From Octopus sinensis (Eukaryota), in contig NC_043006.1 of assembly GCF_006345805.1 (NCBI RefSeq), forward strand, positions 86,552,001 to 86,616,000: a DNA stretch of 64,000 nucleotides, written 5' to 3'. Every line of letters begins with the position of its first letter. Position 1 is the stretch's first letter. This document shows positions 1-12,650 of the stretch, piece by piece. The position numbers and the translations under genes are program-made. The notes beneath the pieces were generated by a model. That model saw only the letters and a program-made list of their open reading frames with translations, ran no database searches and was not told the origin of the DNA.

Positions 1-648
1 GGGTTGGTGCAGAACTGATAGTATGTTGTTTTTGGTGAGAAACTTATGAGAGAGGAGAGCTCAGCGACTGTCGTTGTGAAGAATCCAATTCTCAGTGGAC
101 ATTAGGATTGCCAGCATGGACCCATATGAGATACATTAGGATTGCTTACACAGACCCATATGATGGACATTAGGATTGCCAGCGTGGACCCATATGTCAT
201 TGATTGTTCTCCGATGATCCTTAGGATTAAGCTGATTAATTTTTCCCACATTTCTGGGGTAGTGCTCATGGCAGGTCTTCCAGATCACTCATTGTCTTCC
301 AGGAATGTTCTTCTGCTTTTGAAGTACTCGTGCCATTTGAAAAATTGTACATGATCCATTGCCATGCAGTGGTAAGCTTGCTGATTCATGCTCAATGCCT
401 CTGTAATAGACTTCCCAAGTTTAACACAAAATTTCGTGTTGGCTCTTTGTTCTAAGTTTCTGTCCATGTTGATGTTAGGAGAGACTACAGCATACATGTG
501 ATCACAAAACCACAAATTGCAAAGTAAACACAGCGATGTCAATTAGCACACTGCCTCACGAAGGCCACTGCTCGCTCTCATTATGTACTTCTATCTGTTG
601 GTGCGCTACAGAACTAGTCCGGGAACTCTTTGATATTACCTCCTTGTA
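1..648 (-). mobile_element. Mariner transposon 5' portion (TIR plus decayed N-terminal transposase), runs off the window
   Basis: ORF 285-542 MDRNLEQRANTKFCVKLGKSITEA...FFKWHEYFKSRRTFLEDNE is a mariner HTH region. TIR-like TACAAGGAGGTAATATCAAAGAGTTCCCGGACT on the minus strand from ~649. Confidence 0.85.
97..198. repeat. 34-bp tandem repeat, 3 copies, inside the mariner relic
   Basis: ACATTAGGATTGC...GACCCATATG recurs at 99, 133 and 167. Confidence 0.85.
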
Positions 649-749
649 ATCCATGGAAATACGATTGGGAGAATTGGCAGGCTAGAAATTGGGGCTCATG
701 AAGTTGCAAAAATTCTTGGACAACTACTTCTGACTCTTTCTAGAGAGTG

Positions 750-925
750 TATATATATATATATATATGTACACATGCACACACACATACACACACAATG
801 GGTTTCTCTTAGTTTCTGTTTCACAAATCTACTCATGAACTTAGGGCTATAGTAGAAAATGCTTACTCAATGTATCATAGTGGGATTGAACATGAAGTCA
901 AATGGTTCAGAATCATAAAGTGCAT
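750..925 (-). mobile_element. Degenerate 5' half of tRNA-SINE family A
   Basis: Reverse complement resembles family A (ttcaatcccact...ttctactatagccc...gatttg...agaaact) and is followed by an (AC)/(AT) spacer. Confidence 0.6.
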
Positions 926-942
926 AGAATGGATTATATCAC

Positions 943-974
<32 letters not shown>

Positions 975-1139
975 GATATACACACCACAACATATATATA
1001 TACATACATACATATGCACACAATCATTTATATCATTATACACACACACACAAACATATATATATATTGATACTTATATGTTATCAGTGATCTATATTAT
1101 TCACAGTGCTAAGATAATTGTAAATTGATTTCAACTTAC

Positions 1140-1213
1140 TTTGTAAAAGCACTTCCTTCATTTTCCCAGCCTAGTATTTTAATCTGGTTAATGATTAACT
1201 TTAGAATATAATT
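1140..1213 (-). CDS. Internal coding exon (74 nt, phase 0 to 2) of the same M1 aminopeptidase
   Basis: Acceptor ttttattatcttttcttccag| and donor CAAA|gtaagt. Reads NYILKLIINQIKILGWENEGSAFT(K), containing the LGW motif that follows the previous exon in ENPEP/ERAP proteins. Phase matches the 148-nt exon. Confidence 0.88.
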
Positions 1214-1699
1214 CTGGAAGAAAAGATAATAAAAGATACAATATTTAATGTAATTTATAGATAATTATTTATGAGCAGAAAATATAAAGTTGAAAGAAGT
1301 ATACCAAATACATTTATATGTTGTCAATGGTGCATGCATTCTTGATAATAATAAATTTTGAAGGTACTCAGCACTTCATTTAGTCACCTATCCATTCATT
1401 CACTTTGCCAGCAATTGACTTTGCCATTAACTGATGCTCTGGAGAATAAATTGATAGTTTGTGTAACATTTGCATACCAATATTGTTTGCTTAAATTGAT
1501 GTTGGCCGCTCTCTTAACATCAACATCTTGTAGATGAGTTGGAAATTATTTCAAAGCATTTAAATCGAATTTAACTAGCAGTAGCTTGACTTGTTAGAAA
1601 CAGCAACCAAATCACTCTCAAACTACCTCATACCCTGTCAACTTTCAGTAGTTGAGGAAGTGTGTAACTTATGTCATCACTGTTGAGCTTTCTTAAATT

Positions 1700-2300
1700 G
1701 AGATAATGTTTTGCTCACTTCAGTTGCTTTTGTCTCATTTTCTAACAAGAGCTCTCAGATGATAATGAAAACCAAGATTTGATCAAAATATTTGGTAACA
1801 TTCTCTGCATAGGATCATTGGTGGAGTCTTCTGTTTCTCATTTGACATTTCTGGTCTTCCTTTTTTTTTTTCAGTCTTACTCAGACAACCAAGATTACAG
1901 AGATTTCTCCATTTCTTTGCAACAGTTTCATGCTACTTCAACTGGATGCTTCAGAGTGTGAGATTTGGCATGAAGATGTCTTTGAATTTCAGCTGCAATC
2001 TTCCACGATGACATTTTCATGTTGTCTGTTCAGAAGAAAAAATAACCTTTGGGGTGTTTTATTGTCAGTACTTAGAACATGGCCAATCCACCATAATTTT
2101 AACAGATTTGGATAATAACCAATTGAATAGTTTTCCTCATAGATCTGTTTGACCAGGACTGACCAGAGGTTAATAACAACAACTGTCATTAAAGTCAGTA
2201 TTTTGTTTGTGAATTTTCTGAAGTTTTCAACATTTGCATTGCAATTTCAAGATTAAAATGGTTACAGATAATTAAAATCGCTTAATATGACTGTACAGTG
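1700..2300 (-). mobile_element. Decayed RTE-type LINE, C-terminal ORF fragment
   Basis: ORF 1989-2189 contains LKLWWIGHVLSTDNKTPQRLFF, a decayed form of the RTE LRWxGHVxR motif. Boundaries approximate. Confidence 0.6.
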
Positions 2301-3260
2301 TAACATTTATTTGAACCATATAAAATAGACACTCTGTGGGTGCATAGCTTTTGTGCAATGCCGAATAGTATTATTTTTTGAATGTCATAATAAAATGTAT
2401 GAAGTCTAGATGGACACAGTCATAATCAGAGAATATAGGTGGTTACAATTTGACAGGGGTAAAGCAAACAACCACCAACACCATATTCTTTGATGGTGTT
2501 GCAAGCCAAAGAGAAATACTGGACATCATTCATCTCTAGGCAAAGGAAGAAGAAATTTATCTCAGAAAGGGTAAGAGGGATGGTGATGTATCTCTAGTTT
2601 TCTCTGTTTGTCTTTTCAGATAAAATTTTAAGAAACCTTGATTAATAAATGAAAGAATGTGTGCTCTGTTGATTGAAGTAGGGTATGTGGAAGTGTGTAC
2701 TTGGCTTTTAAGATTAAGGATGAAGCAAGGAAAAAACAAGTGGAGCTTATGTGTCACACACCTGTTTAAGGGCTGGTGATACAGCATCTGGGAAAAAGGA
2801 AATATGGAGATAAGAAGGTCACAACCACAGAAACTAGAGGTAATATTGTCTATTTAGCCAACATTCCCTTTGTGGCAGCAGGTGATGAGTGCAGAAGGTG
2901 GGTCTACATGGATATTGAGTTTCTGATGGTTTCAAAACACTACATGGCTATCTTGGAGTTGTGTTAGGGGAACAGAACATTGAGAATATTGATCAGATTG
3001 ATAATGAGGAGCAGAAGATGCAGTTACTAAATTTAAAAGTAAGAGCCATTAGAATTTTGAATGAAACGCTATACAGTGTTTGTTCCATTTATTTTATGTT
3101 TCGAGTTCAAATCCCATTGAGATCAGTTTACTTTTCATTCCTCTGGAATTGATAAAATGAAGTAGTAGTTTAGTAGTTGATGTAATCAACTGATCACTAC
3201 CTTTTAAGGATTGCTTCTTTTGTGTATAAATTAAAGCAATTATTATTGTTATGAAAGTAA

Positions 3261-3660
3261 GGCACAGGAGTGGCTGTGTGGTAAGTAGCTTGCTTACCTA
3301 CCACATGGTTCCAGGTTCAGTCCCACTGCATGTCACCTTGGGCAAGTGAATTCTACTATAACCTTGGGCCAACCAAAGCCTTGTAAGTGGATTTGGTAGA
3401 TGGAAACTGAAAGAAGCTCGTAGTATATATATATATATGTATGTATATGTTTGTGTGCCTGTGTTTGTCCCCCCAACATCTCTCAATAACCGATGCTGGT
3501 GTGTTTACGCCCCCATCACTTAGCGGTTGGCAAGAGAGACTGATAGAATAAGTACTAGGCTTACAAAGAATAAGCTCTGGGGTTGATTTACTCGACTAAA
3601 GGCAGTACTCCAGCATGGCCACAGTCAAATGACTGAAACAAATAAAAGAATAGAAAGAAA
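3261..3660 (+). mobile_element. tRNA-SINE family A, full length
   Basis: ggcacaggagtggctgtgtggtaag (A box) ... ggttcagtccc (B-box-like), internal (AT)/(GT) spacer, tail ccagcatggccacagtcaaatgactgaaac. Confidence 0.9.
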
Positions 3661-4050
3661 GAATGCTGGACAAAATACTTCATGGAATTTCTTCTAGCTT
3701 TATGTTCTAAGATCAAATTCCACCAAAGTTGATTTACCTTCCATTCTTTTGGGGAACATAAAATAAGTACCAGTTCAGTACTGGGGTCAATGTAATCCCC
3801 CAAAATTTCAGGCCTTGTGCCTATAGTAGAAATAATTATTATGAAGGTAGGGAATTGGCAGAATCATGGTGAAGAAATGCCTTGCAATATTAGTACCTCT
3901 TCTTTACATTTTGGGTTCAAATCCTACCAAGGTCAACTTAGTTGTTCATCCTTTCAAAGTGGATTAAATAAAGTACCATTTGAGTACTGAAGTCAATTTC
4001 CAGTAACATCTTCCCCACAAATATCTGGCCATGTGCCTGTATTACAAAAA
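3661..4050 (+). mobile_element. Two tandem degenerate copies of tRNA-SINE family B
   Basis: Both carry ttcaaat...aagttga...cttccatt/catccttt...aaataagtacc...tactggggtcaatgtaat. Confidence 0.7.
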
Positions 4051-5319
4051 ATTCTGTGTTTTGTGGGTTGATCTATATCGTATTCTTGATAATTAGGTCA
4101 CTTGATTCTCTTCCAATACTTCATATACAAATAGCGATCAAAGAGTGAAAGCAGTGATTTCTTATTTTCATGGTACAGCATCTTGCAAGTGAGAAGTGTT
4201 AATAGTGTGAACCACAATTACACACAACTGTGGAGAATATGAGGACCTAGTAAGCATTCAGCATAATAGCCACTATGCAGGCTTTATTTTCTGGCACTTA
4301 TGAGAAAGCAAAGAGTTGTTAAAGCAATTTAAACAATGTTATGACTAGGGGGGGGGGGTTATGATATGAGGTCACTGGGAATGTTTTCCAAACATTGAAT
4401 GATTCACCAATAAACAGTAATGTAAATGGTTCAAAGATGTTTCCCCATGATAGTAATAAATAACTAATCATAATGAAAACTTCAGAAAATAACTGTTGAG
4501 TCTTTGTTGTGTGATTTGTTATCTCTCCGTTTGGATAAATGAACATTATCATTATCACATAACAGGAAGCAAAAAAAAAAAAAATAGAAGAAAAAAAGAA
4601 GGAAAAAAAGATTGAGGATTTTTTTTAATATATAGAAAATAATTGGAAAGGAATTTTTATTTTAACAAAACAAAAAAAAATGTCGAAAATTATATTTTTT
4701 TTTTCCCTAGGTACATTGATGATAAATAACTCAATATAAACTGTTATGATTAATTTCGATATACAAACCATTTCTAATGTAAAATGAATTGGGGGAAAAA
4801 AACATACTTTCTGAAATAATAAAACAATGATCAGATGGCTGAGTTGGTGGTGAATCGCTTATGGGATATGATAGTACAAAGCCTCCCATCATGGACTGTT
4901 TTCTGTGTTTCCATTTAATTTTATTTTGCTTGTTTATATCCTAATCGTTTTGCTTTTTGCTCTCTTATTTTTTTCTCCAGTTTGATGCCTATATTGCAAT
5001 TAAATGAAGTTATTAATTAAAAACAATAGTAACTATGGTTATTATTAGGATTGGAAACTGGAAGAGCTGAGAATAACTGTTTTGTGGCATGGAGTTACAT
5101 TCCTTTACTTCTTTGTTCAACTCCTGCTAAAGCCAATTTTGGTTTTTATCCCTCTGTACAAGGGTCAAGTACAGATCTTTCATTACATTAAGCTGTTGTC
5201 TCCCAATGCCTGTTTTCTTATAATCATTTCTCTGTTTGTATTATTTATCCTTACAATATCCTTTCATTTATTATCTTTCAAACAAATAAAGAAATTATAA
5301 CTATTAAAATCAGAAACTA

Positions 5320-6170
5320 CTACTACTATTATTATTATTATTATTCTATGTTTGACTTTTGCTTTATATTTGTACAAGTTGGCTCCAAGTCTCACCCAGA
5401 GACCTCAAGAGACAACAGGTTGGAAGTTCATGTTGTTGTTATGCCTAGTGTGCCATATATTGGGGGGGGGGAGTTTTTGGTGTTGTACTAATGAATGTCT
5501 AAAAAAAAATTTCTTCTTTTTCTTTTTTTTTTTTTAAAACCCAAAATTATGTTTGTTTTAAACCTTGAGATTACATAGAAAGTATTTTGCATAGGATATG
5601 AGCAGTTCCCATGAGCACTATCTTTTGAATTTCTGCCATTTTTGGGTTTCCTGGTATCTGAGTTAGGTAGCTATCAGCCCCTTTTGCTATCATTCCCAGG
5701 GCACCTATGACAACAGGTATTGTTTTAGTCTTCAGGTTCCACATTTTGCTGATTTCTATTTCAAGATCTTTATATTTGCTCAGTTTTTGGTAGGTCTTGA
5801 CAGATACGTTTATATCGATTGGGACAGTCATATCAATGAGGAGGCATGTTCTTTGTTTGAAGTCTTTCAATATGATGTCTGGCCTATTTGCATCTATCTT
5901 TCTGTCAGTTTGAATGGTGTGAAGTTCCAGAGGAGTGAGATGTGGTCATTTTCAAGCATTGGGGGTGGTTTGTGTTCCCACCAGTTTTTTTCATGGGGTA
6001 AATCCAGGTTTTTGCAGATTACCCAGTGAATATATTGTGCAGCTCTATCGTGTCTGTTGAGATACTCTGTAGGCGCTAGAAGACTGCACTTGGAGACCAC
6101 ATGGTCAATGGTTTCATTTTGTTGCTGGCATACACGACACGTTGGACTGCTTCTGATCAGGGTTAACATA
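5320..6170 (-). mobile_element. 5'-truncated non-LTR retrotransposon with restriction-like endonuclease (R4/Dong-like)
   Basis: CCHC knuckle CRVC..ETIDHVVSKC, RHD motif, then LIDMTVP..K..KYKDL..VVIGALG of the RLE domain. The 3' UTR ends in an (AAT)n tail at ~5340. Confidence 0.88.
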
Positions 6171-6445
6171 AAGTACCAGTCAGGTTCTGGGGTTGATGTA
6201 ATTGACTTACTCCCTATTCTCAAAATTGCTAGTCTTGTGTCAAAATTAGGTAGAATTCTTCATTTTATTATTATTATTGTTATCATCGAGCATGTAGAAT
6301 CATTGGCACACTGGGTGAAATGCTTAGTGGTATTTTGTCTGTCTTTACATTGTGAGTTCAAATTCTGCCAAGGTCGACTTTGCCTTTCATCCTTTCAAGG
6401 TTGAGAAATTAAGTACCATTGAAACACTGGGATCAATGTAATGGT
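6165..6445 (+). mobile_element. tRNA-SINE family B fragments (3' part plus a near-full copy)
   Basis: gagttcaaattctgccaaggtcgactttgcctttcatccttt...aagtacc...cactggg at 6355-6432, with a similar 3' block at 6170-6260. Confidence 0.75.
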
Positions 6446-6808
6446 TGTTGCTTTGGTTTAGTTGAGCCGTTGTAAGTGTCACCCTAAGACCTAAAGAGAC
6501 TATTTGATGTTTTACTGTTATTTATGTGTTGTAATTCAGAAAAATCAAATCAAATTCTGTGAATTAAAATTTCATCAAAAATTGGTTGCAATATTTGCAA
6601 TTTTGAAAGGTTTTAAAAGATTAAAATATTCTCAGATTGACAATGTTTTCCTTAAAATGTACCCTTGAAAACTTTCTTTTTCATAATGCTGATACATTTG
6701 GGTTTCCTAGTATTTGATTATAGTATTGAAAAGTACCATTTGATATTATTCCCAAAGCTCTGATCATCACTGATGCAGTTGTCATTCTTAGGTGCCACAT
6801 TTTTTGAG

Positions 6809-6809
<1 letters not shown>

Positions 6810-6857
<48 letters not shown>

Positions 6858-6912
6858 ATTATTATTATTATCATCATCATCAGTGTTACTACTACTACTA
6901 CTACTACTACAA
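6810..6912. repeat. Compound microsatellite (ATT)n-(ATC)n-(ACT)n
   Basis: Directly visible trinucleotide runs. Confidence 0.95.
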
Positions 6913-6914
6913 CT

Positions 6915-7085
6915 AAGGTGGTCAGCTGGCAAAATCTTTAATGTTCTGAGTTCAAATTCTGTTGAGGTCAATTTTTGCCTTTCATCTTTTCAATAAAATA
7001 AGTATCAGTTGAGCACTGGGGTTGATGTAATTGACTTACACGCCCTTCAAAATTGTTGGCCTTGGGCCAAAAATAGAAAGAATTA
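6915..7085 (+). mobile_element. tRNA-SINE family B copy
   Basis: ggtggtcagctggcaaaatc...gagttcaaattc...gcctttcatc...aagtatcagttgagcactggggttgatgtaattgac. Confidence 0.8.
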
Positions 7086-7139
7086 TTATTATACTATTAG
7101 AAGAGCAAAGTATGTAATAAATCAAATTTACTTCTGTTC

Positions 7140-8270
7140 ATAGAACATTACAATATGTCAACAGTATGCCTGTCTTCTTCAGGTTCAAAATAAGATAATA
7201 ATGGAAAATATTCAGAAATGTTGGAATTCAAAAATTCAACAAGACTATCTTGCAGTCCTTCCTTGATATATAAAATAGACACCATCAAGTTTCACTTATT
7301 TGTAACTGGGAAAACAACTCTCAGCTTTGTATAAATCTGATGAAACTCTTCTGTCATTTTGGTCATTCCCAACCAGGATGTTATGCTAGTAACTTATATA
7401 TTTATCTTAGTGTGTTTTAAATTCTGAAAGTTCAATGGAGTCAAAATATTTTCTGAGAATTTGTACTTTAAGGTGTTTGTGACAATTACAGGTGTCCAAG
7501 TATAATGCTCAGCAAGTTCCATTGAGGTAGTGTTATTGTGACTGATGCCATGCTTATCCCCATTAAATCTTTTGAATTTTTAATTAAATCGTATAATGTT
7601 TAAGGCATACAGCTGTGTACACCATATGAGAATCATTACAGGTCCCACATTCTGTATAAATCTTTTAACATTTTTATTCGAAATTCTGATAGTTGACCTA
7701 ACTTATGCTGTTGCACAATGAGAGCTTACCTCTCATGCAACTGATTTTAGAGATACAATGTTCAGAAACTCCGGAGGTTTGATTACGAGCAGAGATGCTT
7801 GTTAATATTTGTATTACATTTTTGTTATGTCTAAAAGCAACAATAGATGAATGAGGAAATATTTCTTTGAAATGAAGATATTTTTGTGAAACATGTTGAT
7901 AACTATCATGCAACACTTCTGAAATGCTGGTGAGATTTTGGTGCCAATTAATAACTTAAAGGAACTCAATCCAAATTTTTTACTTTGACTGCTATAATTA
8001 GGCATGAAAGTTTGACATTCATTAATCCTAGCTGTGTCAAGTTTGATTTTTTTTTTAAATTGTGATTCACTATAACCATGTTTGATGTAATGATACACAA
8101 AATCATTTGCATGCTTCCAATAATCTCCTCTGACAATACAAATCCATCTTATTCACAAAAATTGGGACTTTGAAGTTGGATTAATCATATGGTTTGGATG
8201 ATTGAAGCACTGGTGAAGATACAAGTGGTATGACATAGGTTTACAAAATAGTTCTGTCATATGCAACTTT
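7140..8270 (-). mobile_element. Decayed Penelope-like element (RT thumb, linker and GIY-YIG region)
   Basis: Minus-strand peptides K.MSYHLYLHQCFNHPNH, YHYIKHGYSES, IVAFRHNKNVIQIL and C..CM..LSLCNSI follow the PLE RT-to-GIY-YIG order, with many stops and frameshifts. Confidence 0.7.
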
Positions 8271-8639
8271 CTGGAAACTTAAATAAATAACAATAATTAT
8301 TTATTTATTTTAAGGTCTAGTTTAGTTCTTTAACTGAATTTGTTTGTTGCAGATATTTGCTTTATTAACCAGGTAGTCAAAAATTTCACTTCCCAATCAT
8401 ATGATTCTGGTTTGAGCCCACTGCATGGTACCTTGGCAACTTGGACAACAGTATTCTGCCATGGCATCTTGTTGACTAAAATCTTGAGAGTGGAATCTGT
8501 GTAGTAGTTTATTGTGTGTCTATGTGTCAGTACAGAGTGCTTGAGTATAAATATATTTTTGTGTATGCATATGAATGTTTTTTTCCTCTTTTTAATTAAG
8601 AGTTAATTTTGACTTGCTATCTACCTGGCTGCAAGGCTG

Positions 8640-9005
8640 TGAAAGAAAGCACCTTCTTTTGTTCCTTGTCCTTTTACTCTTAAGGTCTTGCGGATTTTTA
8701 CAGTACCAAATACTGTGATCATTTGTGACATATGAATTAAGAAACTGCGTTCTCTCCCCAAGAAGCCAAGTTCAACCATGTTTTGCTTCAAGCAAGCTGG
8801 TAAGCATCCTGTTACTCCAATAATAATAGACATGATATTGAAAGCATATCTTGGATACTGGATTTGCAAGCACCTTATCCAGTGTCCATAGATGTCTTCT
8901 TTCCTGCTTATTTTTCTCACCACATTAGTGTCCAGAGAGCAGCTGATTTCCACAGCAGGGCATATATATTTTTTGTCATCCAACACAACAATATCTGGTT
9001 GCATT
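8640..9005 (-). mobile_element. RLE-type non-LTR retrotransposon C-terminal fragment (second family)
   Basis: ORF MQPDIVVLDDKKYICPAVEISCSLDTNVVRKISRKEDIYG... has the PD..E..K..Y restriction-like endonuclease signature. Confidence 0.75.
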
Positions 9006-9039
9006 TTAACTTACATATGTATATCTATATATGTCTGTA

Positions 9040-9320
9040 TGTATGTACTAGGTGCATGGCCTGGAGGCTAGGCTGTTGCCCTCTTGATTGTAAGAATGTG
9101 GTTTTAATTCCTGGACCATTTGTATTATTGTGTTCTTGAGCAAAGCATTTCATTTTATGTTTCTCTGTAGTCACTTCAACATCTGGTACACTGTGCACCT
9201 GTACACACAATGTCAATTTGAAGAAGTGAACAAATATAAAGTTCAAATATTTGATTACTATAAAGAAATCATCTGTGCAGGTTGTTCAGCAAGAATTTGT
9301 GGAACTCTCAATTATCCACA
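9040..9320 (+). mobile_element. Degenerate tRNA-SINE family C copy
   Basis: ggtgcatggcctgg...ttgtgttcttgagcaaagcatttcatttta resembles the 9785 element. Confidence 0.55.
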
Positions 9321-9391
9321 ATGTATGTAGATACATGTATGTATATTTGTATGTATTTCCCTCTCTGTTTCTCTCTCAATATATACATATC

Positions 9392-9423
<32 letters not shown>

Positions 9424-9784
9424 ATATATGATAATTATAATAATTATTTGAGGGAATATTATTCCTAACTTACAGGGAAAAATTCAATTTAGAAATACTA
9501 AATCAAATTTCACAAAATATAATATATATATATAAAAATTAGAAAAAACCCACTTTTATCAATTCAAAATGAACAATTAAATTACACCATCTAGAAAATG
9601 ACATATAATAGAAAAATAAAAAATAAAATAACAATAATATACCGATGATTAAGTAAATTGCAAAATAATAATAAAAATGTATATATTTGGTAGAATAAGG
9701 ACACGTGTTTCGTGGCTATATTTAAGAAATGATTATAGTAAAAAAAAATTATATATATATATATATATATCCAGGTTCAGTGAA

Positions 9785-10119
9785 GGCGCATGGCTCAGTG
9801 GTTAGAGCGTCGAGCTTACAATCGTGAGGTTGTGAGCTCGAATCCCGGACCGGGCTGCGTGTTGTGTTCTTGGGCAAGGCACTTTATTTCACGTTGCTCC
9901 AGTTCACTCAGCTGTAGAAATGAGTTGCGACGTCACTGCTGCCAAGCTGTATCGACCTTTGTCTTTCCCTTGGATAACATCAGTGGCGTGGAGAGGGGAG
10001 GCTGGTATGCATGGGCGACTGCTGGTCTTCCATAAACAACCTTGCCCGGACTTGTGCCTAGGAGGGTAACTTTCTAGGTGCAATCCCATGGTCATTCATG
10101 ACCGAAGGGGGTCTTTACC

Positions 10120-10123
<4 letters not shown>
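9785..10123 (+). mobile_element. Young full-length tRNA-SINE family C, flanked by (AT)n
   Basis: Intact A box TGGCTCAGTGG and B box GAGCTCGAATCC, central cttgggcaaggcacttt...ctccagttcactcagctg block, 3' hairpin GGTCA-TTCA-TGACC, many retained CpGs. Confidence 0.9.
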
Positions 10124-10179
<56 letters not shown>

Positions 10180-10329
10180 ATATATACATATACATACACA
10201 TGTATGTAAAATCACTTCGATATAAATATAGCCACTCATCAGGTTAAAAATAAACTAGAATAATAAAATAATTAATTAATAAATATACGTAAAAAAATCT
10301 TTTAAAATATAAATATATTCTTTAATATA

Positions 10330-10375
<46 letters not shown>

Positions 10376-11000
10376 GTATGCATATTTGTGTGTGCATGTG
10401 AATGGATGTATATATATATATATATGCATAAAATAGCTATTTTTGTATCATACTTAATGTACACACTCTGTCAATCAGCTAGTTACTGTAGTATATATAC
10501 AACATCTTGTATGGACTCGAGTTAAGAATTAGATGAAAATTCATCCCAGCAGTGGCCAGTGAGAGTACCAGATACATTTTGGTTTGTTTGAGCCTTTTTA
10601 TTAGCAAGTATTTATCATTTCTGATATAGGAAAAACTGAGTAAAACATTCACTGATATTTGAAATAAATACCCCCAGTTGATGCATTATATGCAATTGAG
10701 GTAGTATTTTTGTATCATACTTAACATATACACACTGTTGATAGTCTAGTTACTGCAGTATTTAACCTGAGATGTGTGATATTATAAAAATTATTAGATA
10801 AGATTTTATAATATTTACAAAAAGATTTTCATGAATTAAATATTAATTACATAAAAAATATCTTTAAGGAAAGCACATTAACACAGACTTGATAGAAGGT
10901 CTATGTGCATACAGTTCTATATTTCTGTGTTGATATATACATGTGTGTATACATATGGTGATTGTCTACTCCTTATGCAGAGTTTGACTAACTTATGTAC

Positions 11001-11180
11001 CTACACCTGAGCACCAGCATGGTGTCTGATGTGACTTTTTAAACCAGACAATGTTCTGAAAAGACACCCACATAGATTGCACCTCCAATTTGGACCTCCA
11101 AGAGATAAGTTCTCCTCTTTGTGGATCTTAAAATGTTTTTTGAGGCCTCTGTTTCATTTGCAAACCTTCTTGCATACATG
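11001..11180 (-). pseudogene. Two-finger C2H2 relic, probably the C-terminus of an RTE-type LINE ORF
   Basis: Reads HVCKKVCK*NRGLKKHFKIH...CNLCGCLFRTLSGLKSHIRHHAGAQV*, with one internal stop. Confidence 0.65.
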
Positions 11181-11247
11181 TGTATAAATATACATACATG
11201 TGTATAAATATACATACATGTGTATTTGTGTGTATGTGTATGTGTGT

Positions 11248-11622
11248 GGCGTAGGAGTAGCTGTGTGGTAAGTAGCTTGCTAACCAACCACATGGTTCCA
11301 GGTTCAGTCCCACTGCGTGGCATCTTGGGCAAGTGTCTTCTGCTATAGCCCCAGGCCGGCCAATGCCTTGTGAGTGGATTTGGTAGACAGAAACTGAAAG
11401 AAGCCTGTCGTATATATGCATATATATGTATATGTGTGTGTTTGTGTGTCTGTGTTTGTCCCCCTAGCATTGCTTGACAACCAATGCTGGTGTGTTTACG
11501 TTCCAGTCATTTAGCGGTTCAGCAAAAGAGACCGATAGAATAAGTACTGGGGTTGATTTGCTCAACTAAAGGCGGTGCTCCAGCATGGCCACAGTCAATT
11601 GACTGAAACAAGGAAAAGAGTG
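11248..11622 (+). mobile_element. tRNA-SINE family A, full length
   Basis: Collinear with the 3261 and 49033 copies. Confidence 0.92.
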
Positions 11623-11669
11623 TGTCTAAGTTTGTCAAAATAAAAAGAGAAAATATCTTTCATACTTAC

Positions 11670-11817
11670 CCTGTAAAATTCATAATATGGTGTATAAACC
11701 AAGTACTTATCCAATTTCAGGAGATCAGAAATGCCAGTGACAAACGGAACATACTCATTTTCTTGAACAAGGTACTCAGAAGCATCAAGGTACAGTGAAT
11801 AATTTACTTTTCCAACC
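11670..11817 (-). CDS. Internal coding exon (148 nt, phase 2 to 0) of the same M1 aminopeptidase
   Basis: Acceptor ttttttcttactatttag| and donor CAGG|gtaagt. The only open frame reads VGKVNYSLYLDASEYLVQENEYVPFVTGISDLLKLDKYLVYTPYYEFYR, fitting GxLxYxxxLxLxxYLxxExxYxPW of APN/ENPEP. Confidence 0.9.
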
Positions 11818-11937
11818 CTAAATAGTAAGAAAAATAATTCAGTAATATATGTGCAATCATGCATCATTTAATATTCAAAATGTTATATGATATATTAACA
11901 TCATCAAAATGATATATGATATATTAATATCCTATAT

Positions 11938-12100
11938 AGGCACAGGCATGGCTGCATGTCAAGAAGCTTGGTTCCTGACCACATAGTTCCAGGCTCAGTC
12001 CCACTGCATGGCACCTTGAACAAGTGTCTTTTTCTATAGCCTTTGGGCTGACCAAAGCTTTGTGGGTGGATTTTGTAGATGGAAACTGAAAGAAGACCAT
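11938..12100 (+). mobile_element. tRNA-SINE family A 5' half; its internal (AT) spacer is expanded into the 12100-12650 array
   Basis: ggcacaggcatggctg...cagtcccactgcatggcaccttgaacaagtgtc...gaaactgaaagaagaccatc followed by (AT)n. Confidence 0.85.
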
Positions 12101-12101
12101 C

Positions 12102-12136
<35 letters not shown>

Positions 12137-12333
12137 ATATACACGTATACACATATACATACATATATATATATATACACATATACATATATACATATAC
12201 ACATATACATATATACACATACACATATATATATACAAATATATATACATATATATACACATATATATATATACACATATATACATATATATATACATAT
12301 ATATAAATACATATATATATACACACACATATA

Positions 12334-12371
<38 letters not shown>

Positions 12372-12386
12372 CATATACATATATGT

Positions 12387-12429
<43 letters not shown>

Positions 12430-12650
12430 ATATATATTATATATATATATATATGTGTTTGTATATATATACATATGTATATACATATATATATATATAT
12501 ACATACATATATATATACATATATATAATATATATACACATACATATATATATATACATACATATATATACATATATATATTCATACATATATATATACA
12601 TATATATATATATGCATATATAGGCTTGCATACATAGGCTTGCATACACA
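12100..12650. repeat. Complex (AT)n/(ATAC)n microsatellite
   Basis: Visible directly; source of the YIYI-type pseudo-ORFs. Confidence 0.95.

Noticed and set aside
9785-9860. tRNA-like sequence with intact A and B boxes
   Set aside because: It runs into a SINE body and tail without a closed acceptor stem, so it is a SINE head rather than a tRNA gene.
11721-11771. Plus-strand exon candidate EIRNASDKRNILIFLNK
   Set aside because: Weak donor (GTACTC), and it is the antisense of the well-supported aminopeptidase exon.
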